Positions 16,722 through 24,245 of a stretch of DNA of 26,357 nt are shown here, one piece after another. Below the pieces are notes generated by a model, which was not told the DNA's origin, made no database searches, and saw nothing but the letters and a program-made list of their open reading frames with translations. The DNA comes from Minisyncoccia bacterium. Its GTDB lineage: Bacteria; Patescibacteriota; Minisyncoccia; Moranbacterales; GWC2-37-73. Made by a program: the position numbers and the translations under genes. The DNA lies in assembly GCA_041494985.1 (NCBI GenBank), contig JBGQBV010000001.1:1-26357 (forward strand), in the 5' to 3' direction. How positions within the stretch are numbered: position 1 is the stretch's first letter; each line of letters starts with the position of its first letter.

Positions 16722-18671
16722 ATGAGCAATATTGAAATCAATTTTTTCGCTAAGACGAACTTCCGGAACCAGGAGCGGGTCTTCGGCATAAAGACCGATG
16801 ATCGCCGCCGGCATATGTATATTGTCGGGAAAACCGGCATGGGCAAGACCAATCTTTTGGAAAACATGGCCGTGCAGGATATCCGCAACGGGAACGGTGT
16901 CTGCTACATCGATCCCCACGGCGACACGGCCGAAAAACTGCTCAAAGCCATACCTTCAAGCCGCATCAATGACGTAGTATACCTTAATCCGGCGGATCAG
17001 AATTTTCCGCTGGCTTTCAACGTGATGGAAGCGGTTGATCCGGAATACCGGCATTTGGTGGCATCGGGACTCATCGGGGTTTTCAAGAAGATCTGGGCGG
17101 ATTCCTGGGGACCGCGGCTGGAATATATCCTCCGCAATGCGATTTTGGCGCTTTTGGAATATCCGGGGAGCACACTGCTCGGCGTGACGAGGATCCTGGT
17201 CGACAAGAAATATCGGGAAAAAGTCGTCGACAAGATCACTGATCCGGTCGTGAAACAGTTCTGGGTGGATGAGTTCAGCAAATGGAACGATCGGGTGCTG
17301 CAGGAAGTGATTTCGCCGATCCAGAACAAAGTCGGACAATTCCTGTCCAGCTCCTTGATCAGGAACATCGTCGGTCAGACGCAGTCGTCTTTTGATATCC
17401 GCGAACTGATGGATGCGAAAAAGATCCTGATCCTGAACCTGTCCAAGGGCCGGATCGGCGAGGACAACAGCGCCCTGCTCGGCGCCATGATGATCACGAA
17501 GATCCAGCTGGCGGCCATGGGACGCGTGGATATTCCCGAAGAAACCCGCAAGGACTTCTATCTCTATGTGGATGAGTTCCAGAACTTCGCCACCGAATCG
17601 TTCGCCAACATCCTGTCTGAAGCCCGCAAATACCGTCTGGACCTGATTCTGGCCAACCAATACATCACGCAGATTGACGAGAAGGTCCGGGATGCCATTT
17701 TCGGAAATGCCGGCACGATCATCTCGTTCCGCGTCGGAGCGACAGACGCCGAATTTCTGGAAAAGGAGTTCGAGCCCGTTTTCATGCAGAATGACATCGT
17801 CAATCTGCAAAAATACAACATCTATCTGAAACTGATGATCGACGGCATCGCTGGCGACGCGTTTTCCGCGACGACCATGCCGCCTGTCTATATCGAAGAT
17901 ACAGCGGGCAACGAAGAGAAAGTCATCGCTGTTTCGCGCGAACGTTATGCGTCAAGCAAAGCTGAGGTGGAAGACAAGATCGCCCGCTGGGCGGGCATGA
18001 TGCCGGCGGCCGGTTTTCCGACCGTCAACAAGCCGCCAGCAGTTTCAAATCAGAATACGAATCCGAATTTTCCAAATAACCACACTGTCATCTCTTTTCC
18101 GCGGCCGCAAAAAATGCAGGAACCAGCGGCGGAGCAGCTGGTGAAAGATTCCTTCAAAGTTCAAGAATCGGCAGCCAAACCTGCCCGAAAAGAAGAGGAA
18201 GAAAAACTAGCGGAAGAGCAGCCGCTAGTGGCGCTCAAACCGATGTTTGACGCAATCTGTGACATGTGTGCCACGGAAATACAAGTGCCGTTCCAACCGG
18301 ACGGGAAAAGGCCGACTTTCTGCAAGGATTGCCTGAAAGACTATCAGCGCATGACAGCAAAGGAAAAGTTGGCTCAGGAAAGGAAGATGCAACGGCAGGA
18401 AGAAAAGACGGTTGCAAATGCCAAGATCCATGCAGCGACCGCCAAGCCAGTGCATCCGGCCAAAACTGCCAGTGCAGCTAAGGTCGTTCAACCAGCCGAA
18501 AGGCATATGGAACACAAAGCATATGCGCCCAAGGACAAGCCGATGTCCCTTTCCCAGATGCAGCACATCGCGCCGAAAAAATTCAAATCGGCGCGTCCCA
18601 AGCCGAACATAAACCTGGACGAGGTGCGCAGCCTGATCAACAAAAACCGCAGTTCCAAAGAGGAAAAATAA
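16722..18671 (+). CDS. VirD4/TraD/TrwB-like (HerA/FtsK superfamily) ATPase with C-terminal CxxC-x17-CxxC zinc ribbon
   Basis: RRRHMYIVGKTGMGKT (Walker A), IDPHGD, LYVDEFQNF (Walker B), SEARKY, LANQY; CDMC-x17-CKDC at 18258-18332. Confidence 0.9.
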   Translation: MSNIEINFFAKTNFRNQERVFGIKTDDRRRHMYIVGKTGMGKTNLLENMAVQDIRNGNGVCYIDPHGDTAEKLLKAIPSSRINDVVYLNPADQNFPLAFNVMEAVDPEYRHLVASGLIGVFKKIWADSWGPRLEYILRNAILALLEYPGSTLLGVTRILVDKKYREKVVDKITDPVVKQFWVDEFSKWNDRVLQEVISPIQNKVGQFLSSSLIRNIVGQTQSSFDIRELMDAKKILILNLSKGRIGEDNSALLGAMMITKIQLAAMGRVDIPEETRKDFYLYVDEFQNFATESFANILSEARKYRLDLILANQYITQIDEKVRDAIFGNAGTIISFRVGATDAEFLEKEFEPVFMQNDIVNLQKYNIYLKLMIDGIAGDAFSATTMPPVYIEDTAGNEEKVIAVSRERYASSKAEVEDKIARWAGMMPAAGFPTVNKPPAVSNQNTNPNFPNNHTVISFPRPQKMQEPAAEQLVKDSFKVQESAAKPARKEEEEKLAEEQPLVALKPMFDAICDMCATEIQVPFQPDGKRPTFCKDCLKDYQRMTAKEKLAQERKMQRQEEKTVANAKIHAATAKPVHPAKTASAAKVVQPAERHMEHKAYAPKDKPMSLSQMQHIAPKKFKSARPKPNINLDEVRSLINKNRSSKEEK

Positions 18672-18684
18672 ACCAACCATCATC

Positions 18685-18706
18685 AAACTCCGAGCAGGAG
18701 TTTTTT
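18685..18706 (+). terminator. Intrinsic terminator
   Basis: AAACTCC-GAGCA-GGAGTTT followed by T tract. Confidence 0.7.
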
Positions 18707-18718
18707 GATTTTTGTGCG

Positions 18719-18747
18719 TTTACAACAGGCAAAAACGGTGATATCAT
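18719..18747 (+). promoter_or_regulatory. Sigma70-type promoter for mnmA (near-leaderless)
   Basis: TTTACA (18719-18724), 17-nt spacer, TGaTATCAT (ends 18747); ATG at 18757. Confidence 0.65.
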
Positions 18748-18756
18748 GGGTAACAT

Positions 18757-19875
18757 ATGCAGAAAAACAAGGCAAAAAAGCGGGTGATCGTGGGCATGTC
18801 AGCGGGCGTGGATTCTTCGGTCGCGGCGGCGGTGCTCAAAAAACAAGGCTATGAAGTCATTGGCGTGTTCATGCATTTTTGGAAAGAGCCGGGTCAGGAT
18901 GCGCTCAGGGAAAACAAGTGCTGCTCCGTCGAATCGCAGCAGGATGCCCGCAAGGTCGCGCAGATCCTGGACATTCCGCTCTATACCGCGAACGTCGCCA
19001 AGGAGTTCAAAAAAGAAGTGGTGGACTATTTCCTTTCCGAAACGAAAGCCGGTCGGACGCCCAACCCGTGCGTCGTCTGCAATGAGCGGATCAAGCTCAA
19101 TTTCCTGCTGAAAAAGATGCTGGAAATGGACGCCGACTATGTGGCGACCGGACATTATGCCGAAATAAAAAAAATCGGCGGCAAATATCATCTCTACACT
19201 TCCTATGACGGCGAAAAGGACCAGACCTATTTCCTCTATTCGCTTTCGCAAGAGCAGCTGGCGCGGACGCTGTTTCCGATCGGGAAATATAAGAAACCCG
19301 AGATAAGGAAGATCGCCGAGGGGTTCAAACTGCCGGTTTTCGACAAAGATGATTCACAAGGGCTTTGCTTCACACCGGAAAAAACGCCGACCGAATTCAT
19401 CAAGCGCCATCTGGACTTGTCGCTGGGAGACATCGTGCTGGAGAGCGGGAAAAAGATCGGCACGCACGAAGGCTTGGAAATATACACCATCGGCCAGCGC
19501 AAAGGGATCAACATCGGCGGCAGCGGCCCCTACTATGTCGTCAGCCGGGATTTCCGCAGCAATCGCCTGGTCGTGACGAACGACGAGAACGACGAGAAAA
19601 TACACAAGCGATCGATGCTGGTCGCAGCGGGCAATTGGCTGGTCGCAGAGCCGGAATTTCCGGCGGAAATAAACGTAAAGATAAGATATCGCCATCCGTT
19701 GGTGCGCTCGACGATCAGTCGCGTGGAGGCAGGCCGGAAAAATCCCGCCCAGGGCGGAAAAGCCGCTTATATGGTACAATTCAAGGAGCCGCAGAAGGCG
19801 GTGACGCCCGGACAATCAGCTGTTTTCTATTCGGACGACAACGAGGTCCTGGGCGGAGGCGTCATTGTCGCGTAA
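18757..19875 (+). CDS. mnmA: tRNA-specific 2-thiouridylase MnmA
   Basis: MSAGVDSSV PP-loop, TPNPCVVCN, ATGHY, DQTYFL, DSQGLCF, YTIGQRKG, AVTPGQ. Confidence 0.97.
   Translation: MQKNKAKKRVIVGMSAGVDSSVAAAVLKKQGYEVIGVFMHFWKEPGQDALRENKCCSVESQQDARKVAQILDIPLYTANVAKEFKKEVVDYFLSETKAGRTPNPCVVCNERIKLNFLLKKMLEMDADYVATGHYAEIKKIGGKYHLYTSYDGEKDQTYFLYSLSQEQLARTLFPIGKYKKPEIRKIAEGFKLPVFDKDDSQGLCFTPEKTPTEFIKRHLDLSLGDIVLESGKKIGTHEGLEIYTIGQRKGINIGGSGPYYVVSRDFRSNRLVVTNDENDEKIHKRSMLVAAGNWLVAEPEFPAEINVKIRYRHPLVRSTISRVEAGRKNPAQGGKAAYMVQFKEPQKAVTPGQSAVFYSDDNEVLGGGVIVA
19745..19757. repeat. Short GC palindrome in frame within mnmA (NPAQGG loop)
   Basis: CCGCC-CAG-GGCGG in a loop that looks elongated relative to typical MnmA. 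Confidence 0.35.
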
Positions 19876-19894
19876 TCCTTGACCAACAAAAACT

Positions 19895-20158
19895 ATGCAA
19901 AACCAAGACCCGCAATTTCTGGCTGACAGGAAAAAACTGCAGCTGGAGATTCTGCTGAAGGATTCCGACATCAAAAAGAACGCGCGCGCCAAGATCGAGA
20001 TCGAAACCGCGCTGCGCGACCTCAAGCACAAGGCGAATCTGCTGCAGGCTGAGATCCTTTCTAAGGAAGGCCAACTGAAAAAATTCCAGGCAGATGGCGT
20101 CCTGCTGGGCAATGAACTCATAAAACTGAAGCACCAGATGAATTCCTTGGGGCGCTAA
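19895..20158 (+). CDS. Small coiled-coil hypothetical protein
   Basis: 87 aa with heptad-like Leu/Ile pattern; host-like codons; tATG start. Confidence 0.75.
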   Translation: MQNQDPQFLADRKKLQLEILLKDSDIKKNARAKIEIETALRDLKHKANLLQAEILSKEGQLKKFQADGVLLGNELIKLKHQMNSLGR

Positions 20159-20187
20159 ATGTAAGATAAATCCTTATTTCTAAAAAT

Positions 20188-20418
20188 ATGGCCAGCAAAT
20201 TCGAAACAGCAGTAAAAAAAGTCATCGAGGAAAATGAATTGAAATCGCTGACTTCCATGGGCGCGAGTCGGATGTGGAAAGTCGGACACGCCTTGGAAGC
20301 GAAAGAAATCGCTCCGGAGGAAGCCGTGGAAGAATTTTTCAAGGAGCAGGATTACCGCATAAAACTGGGCAGCAAGACCAGGGAAGTCAAAACATCCATG
20401 ATGCAAATGATCAACTAA
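20188..20418 (+). CDS. Small hypothetical protein
   Basis: 76 aa, ends 4 nt before the alaS start; tATG start. Confidence 0.7.
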   Translation: MASKFETAVKKVIEENELKSLTSMGASRMWKVGHALEAKEIAPEEAVEEFFKEQDYRIKLGSKTREVKTSMMQMIN

Positions 20419-20422
20419 GCAT

Positions 20423-22324
20423 ATGACAGCCAAAGGACTCCGGGATAAATACCTCAAGTTTTTCCAAGCCAAAGGGCACACGATCATCCCTTCGGCTTCT
20501 TTGGTGCCGCGCGAAACCGACGCTTCGACGCTGTTTACGACCGCCGGGATGCATCCGCTGGTGCCCTATCTGCTAGGCGAGGAACATCCGGGAGGCAAGC
20601 GCGTCGCCAGCGTGCAGAAATGCGTTCGCACGGCCGACATCGACGAGGTGGGTGACAACCGGCACCTCACATTCTTCGAAATGATGGGGAACTGGAGTTT
20701 CGGCGACTATTTCAAAAAAGAGGCCATCGAGTGGAGCTATGAGTTTTTGACCGAAAAAAAAGCGGGTTTGGGGCTGGATCCGAGCCGGCTCTATGTCACG
20801 GTGTTCAAAGGCGAAGGGAATATTCCGCGCGATGAGGAATCGATAGGTATATGGCAGGAAGTTTTTTCCAAAAACAAATTGTCGAATGGGACAGCCGGCG
20901 AAGACGAAATGATCAAAGACGACGTGCGGATCATCCCGTTGGGCACGGCGGATAATTTCTGGATCGCCGGCAGCGTCGGTCCATGCGGCGGCGACACGGA
21001 AATGTTCTATGATACGCGGCCGCAAGAAGGAAAAATGGAAGGCAAATTCGCCGATCTGGTAGCCTGCGGACGCATCATCGAGATCTGGAACAATGTTTTC
21101 ATGGAGTGGAGCAAGCAAGCGGACGGCACGATTGAAAAATTGGCGCAGCACAACGTGGACACGGGCATGGGCGTCGAACGGACACTGGCGGTCCTGGCCG
21201 GTCAGGAGAATGTTTTTGAAACGGAACTGTTCAAACCTGTCTTTGCCAAGATTGCCGAAATGTCCGGCAAAGAATATGACGAGAATGAAGATGTGAAAAA
21301 ATCGTTCAGGGTGATCGCGGACCATATCAAAGCCAGCACGTTCATGATTGCGGACGGAGTGATCCCGTCCAATGTGCAACGGGGCTATGTTTTGAGGCGC
21401 CTGATACGCAGAGCGATAAGATATGCGCAGGGCATCGGGCTGAAAGAAGGGGGATTCAGCCAGGATCTTTCCGCGGAAGTCGTGAAAATGTACGGCGGTT
21501 TTTACGAGGAGATGAAAACGAAAGAAAAAGACATCCAGAGGGTCCTGCTGGAAGAGGAAAACAAGTTCAGGAATACCTTGGAAACGGGGCTCAAGGAATT
21601 CAACAAGGTGATCAAGGATTATGTCCTGGCCAAGGAAGGCGGCGCTCCGGCGACCGGAACTGACGAAACGATAAAGGTCGTCAAGGAACTGCCTGGCAGC
21701 GTGGTGTTTAATCTCTATACCACTTTCGGATTCCCGATCGAACTGACCAGGGAAATCGCCAAGGAAAAAGGCCTGACAATCGACGAGAAAGGTTTTCAGA
21801 CAGAGTTGGAAAAGCACCAGACCCTTTCCCGCACCGCTTCAGCTGGAGCGTTCAAAGGCGGATTGCAAAGCCAGGATGAGAACACGGCGCGGCTGCACAC
21901 CGCCACCCATCTGCTGCTGGCGGCGCTTCGGACGGTATTGGGAGACCGCGTGTATCAAAAGGGCTCGAACATAACTTCGGAGCGGCTCAGGTTCGATTTT
22001 TCGCATCCGACCAAGATGACGCCGGAACAGATTGCCAAAGTGGAGGAGCTGGTCAACGGTGCCATCGAGGCTAACATGGAGGTCGTCCGCGAAGAGATGA
22101 CGCTCGACGAAGCGCGTGAGAAGGAAGCTATGGGCGTTTTCGGCGCCAAATATGGCGAGACGGTTTCCGTGTATTCCATCGGGCCTGATAGCGATCAGAC
22201 GGTCAGTCGCGAAATATGCGGCGGTCCGCACGCGAAAAAAACAGGGGAATTAGGCCATTTCAAGATCCAAAAAGAAGAGGCTTCCTCGGCCGGCATCCGG
22301 CGGATCAAGGCGGTTTTGGAATAG
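20423..22324 (+). CDS. alaS: Alanine--tRNA ligase, shortened (no C-Ala domain)
   Basis: TLFTTAGMHPL, QKCVRTADIDEVG, HLTFFEMMGNWSFGDYFK, DTGMGVER, RGYVLRRLIRR, editing motifs HTATH and CGGPH; 633 aa. Confidence 0.97.
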   Translation: MTAKGLRDKYLKFFQAKGHTIIPSASLVPRETDASTLFTTAGMHPLVPYLLGEEHPGGKRVASVQKCVRTADIDEVGDNRHLTFFEMMGNWSFGDYFKKEAIEWSYEFLTEKKAGLGLDPSRLYVTVFKGEGNIPRDEESIGIWQEVFSKNKLSNGTAGEDEMIKDDVRIIPLGTADNFWIAGSVGPCGGDTEMFYDTRPQEGKMEGKFADLVACGRIIEIWNNVFMEWSKQADGTIEKLAQHNVDTGMGVERTLAVLAGQENVFETELFKPVFAKIAEMSGKEYDENEDVKKSFRVIADHIKASTFMIADGVIPSNVQRGYVLRRLIRRAIRYAQGIGLKEGGFSQDLSAEVVKMYGGFYEEMKTKEKDIQRVLLEEENKFRNTLETGLKEFNKVIKDYVLAKEGGAPATGTDETIKVVKELPGSVVFNLYTTFGFPIELTREIAKEKGLTIDEKGFQTELEKHQTLSRTASAGAFKGGLQSQDENTARLHTATHLLLAALRTVLGDRVYQKGSNITSERLRFDFSHPTKMTPEQIAKVEELVNGAIEANMEVVREEMTLDEAREKEAMGVFGAKYGETVSVYSIGPDSDQTVSREICGGPHAKKTGELGHFKIQKEEASSAGIRRIKAVLE

Positions 22325-22350
22325 TTTTTGGCTGAGACAGGGCACTATTG

Positions 22351-22482
22351 ACCCAGCACTAAATTAGCACCGCGCCAAAGGCGCAAATTGAGCTCAAAGC
22401 TGAGTTATTATTTAGTTTATTGCAAAATTACAATAAAATTACCATAGAAAAATATCCATAAAGTGCTAAATTAGTGCTGGGT
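22351..22482. repeat. Inverted-repeat element (CCAGCACTAA family, copy 2) between alaS and rplU
   Basis: ACCCAGCACTAAATTAGCAC (22351-22370) vs GTGCTAAATTAGTGCTGGGT (22463-22482), 19/20 complementary; internal GCGCC-AAA-GGCGC hairpin (22372-22384); AT-rich core. Confidence 0.8.
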
Positions 22483-22510
22483 TGACATAATCCGCTTCTC
22501 GAGGTATACT
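22482..22510 (+). promoter_or_regulatory. Sigma70-type promoter for rplU
   Basis: TTGACA (22482-22487), 17-nt spacer, TATACT (22505-22510). Confidence 0.85.
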
Positions 22511-22552
22511 GGAATACGTGCATATAAATTATTCTTAACATAATGCAAAGAC

Positions 22553-22861
22553 ATGTTGGCAATCATCAAAACAGGCGGAAAGCAATACAAGGTGGCTCAG
22601 GGCGACAAGATTAAGATCGAAAAGCTTGAAGGCGAAGCCGGCGCGAAAATCACGTTCGAAGAAGTGCTTTTTCTCGGCGACGAGAAGGATGTGACACTGG
22701 GAACCCCTTTCATCAAGGGCGCGAAAGTGGAAGCGACGATCATGGAACAAGGACGCCACAAGAAAGTCTGGGGCATCAAGCACAAGGCCAAGAAACGCTA
22801 CAAGGTGAAATTCGGACACAGGCAGACTTATACTGAAGTTGAAATCACGAAGATTGCATAA
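22553..22861 (+). CDS. rplU: 50S ribosomal protein L21
   Basis: AIIKTGGKQYKV, GTPFIKGAKVEA, FGHRQTYTEVEITKI. Confidence 0.98.
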   Translation: MLAIIKTGGKQYKVAQGDKIKIEKLEGEAGAKITFEEVLFLGDEKDVTLGTPFIKGAKVEATIMEQGRHKKVWGIKHKAKKRYKVKFGHRQTYTEVEITKIA

Positions 22862-22913
22862 TCATGGATCATGGAGCATAAAACATAAAGCACGAAAAAT
22901 ACTTTGCAAAATT

Positions 22914-22949
22914 AAAAATCCCCGCCGGCTTTCCGGTTGGGGATTTTTT
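22914..22949. terminator. Bidirectional intrinsic terminator
   Basis: AAAATCCCC-gCCGG-cttt-CCGG-tt-GGGGATTTT between convergent rplU and the FabZ-like gene. Confidence 0.8.
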
Positions 22950-22968
22950 GTTGCGTACTTTTTACGTC

Positions 22969-23472
22969 TTATGTGGCAGTACCTTTTATATTTCCTTCGG
23001 CCACAACTTTCATTATTTCCCCGACCTTTTTTCGGGCGACGTATTCGAAGTAGTAAAATCTTTTTTTGGCTTCCCAATCCTTTAATTCCAGAGCAATTTC
23101 CATGGTATCGCCAGGAAGCAAGGGACGCTTACATTGACAGTAGAAATCAAGCACTGTTGGATATCCACCCATGTTTTCGTCGGCAAGCATGACAAGCATG
23201 GCGGCAGTCAGATTGGCACATTCGGCAATGCTTACACCTGGATACATTGGTTTATCAGGGAAATGACCGTAAAGATCAGGGTCATCTGCCAGAACCATTT
23301 TAAACCCTTTTATTTGTTCTTTATTGCTTGGATCAAATTGCACCGCGTCAATTTTCAATGCTCTTTCTCGATGGGGAATAAAGAGTTTAAGTTCCTCTTT
23401 ATTTAGAATAAGAGGACGATCTCCGATTTTCCAGGACTGAATAAGCTGTCGCATTGCAAAAACTGAATTCAT
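22969..23472 (-). CDS. FabZ/FabA-like hot-dog fold dehydratase
   Basis: IPHRERALKID, GHFPDKPMYPGVSIAE, PLLPGD; SD AAGGAG before ATG 23472. Confidence 0.85.
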   Translation of the reverse strand: MNSVFAMRQLIQSWKIGDRPLILNKEELKLFIPHRERALKIDAVQFDPSNKEQIKGFKMVLADDPDLYGHFPDKPMYPGVSIAECANLTAAMLVMLADENMGGYPTVLDFYCQCKRPLLPGDTMEIALELKDWEAKKRFYYFEYVARKKVGEIMKVVAEGNIKGTAT

Positions 23473-23540
23473 AAGAAACTCCTTTCACTATTAGGGTTGA
23501 TTGAAAAGAACTCCGTCTATATTTCCGAATCGGTTTTTGA

Positions 23541-24128
23541 TTATACCAATTCCTTGCGGTTTGTCAACGCTTCGGAAAGGGTGATCTCATCGGCGTATTC
23601 CAGGTCGGCGCCGGTGGAAAGGCCACGTCCGAGCCGGGTGATCTTTATATGCAAAGGTTGGATCTTGCGTTTTAGATAGAGGGCGGTCGCGTCGCCTTCG
23701 GTCGTGGGGTTGGTCGCCAGGATGACTTCGGTGATTTTTTCCTTTTCAATGCGGTCGATGAGCTGAGGGATCTTGAGGTCCGTGCCGGCATCGCCGACTT
23801 GCAGAACGCCGCCGAGCACATGGTAGAGTCCCTGGTAGGCTTTGGTGCGTTCCAAGGAGATGATGTCCAACGGTTCTTCTACGACGCAGATGGAATGCTG
23901 GTCGCGCTTGGAGTCTTTGCAATATTCGCACAGCTCGCCCTCAGCGATGTTGAAACAGCGCCGGCAGATCCGCATGTTCTTTATTTCCAACAGATTCTCC
24001 GCGAAATCGCGGATCTTCTCGATGTCCTGCTTGAAAAGGAACAGCACGAGGCGCTCGGCCATCTTGGGGCCGACCGAAGGCAGGGCGGAAAGATTTTTGA
24101 TCAGTTTTTGGAAAGCCTTAGGATACAC
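23541..24128 (-). CDS. recR: Recombination mediator RecR
   Basis: LPSVGPKMAERL (HhH), CRRC...CEYC zinc finger, ICVVE, YHVLGG, ILATNPTTEGDATA (Toprim); GTG start. Confidence 0.98.
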   Translation of the reverse strand: MYPKAFQKLIKNLSALPSVGPKMAERLVLFLFKQDIEKIRDFAENLLEIKNMRICRRCFNIAEGELCEYCKDSKRDQHSICVVEEPLDIISLERTKAYQGLYHVLGGVLQVGDAGTDLKIPQLIDRIEKEKITEVILATNPTTEGDATALYLKRKIQPLHIKITRLGRGLSTGADLEYADEITLSEALTNRKELV

Positions 24129-24245
24129 TTTTTAATTTTTAATTTTAAATTTTAAATTTTTTAATCAATTTTCAATGTTTAAATTTTAAAACATTTAGTC
24201 ATTTGATATTCATTTAAAATTTAAAATTTAGTCTTTAAAATTTAT
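24129..24245. repeat. Extremely AT-rich structured heptamer-repeat element filling the dnaB-recR spacer
   Basis: Perfect 17-bp IR AATTTTAAATTTTAAAT (24141-24157)/ATTTAAAATTTAAAATT (24212-24228); inner AATGTTT/AAACATT stem; ATTTAGTC twice. Confidence 0.75.

Noticed and set aside
15408-18671. Integrative conjugative element / T4SS island
   Set aside because: No relaxase, VirB4, pilin, integrase or att sites in the window; host-like codon usage and housekeeping context
22364-22469. CIRCE (HrcA operator)-like TTAGCAC / GTGCTAA half-sites
   Set aside because: The half-sites lack the TC/GA extension and are about 92 nt apart rather than N9; no heat-shock gene follows. Better explained as repeat arms
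22553-22861. rplU not followed by rpmA
   Set aside because: Separation of these genes is not unusual enough to report; rpmA may simply be elsewhere
24129-24245. CRISPR array or replication origin DUE
   Set aside because: No repeat-spacer periodicity; the units are 7-mers forming an inverted repeat; no DnaA-box cluster
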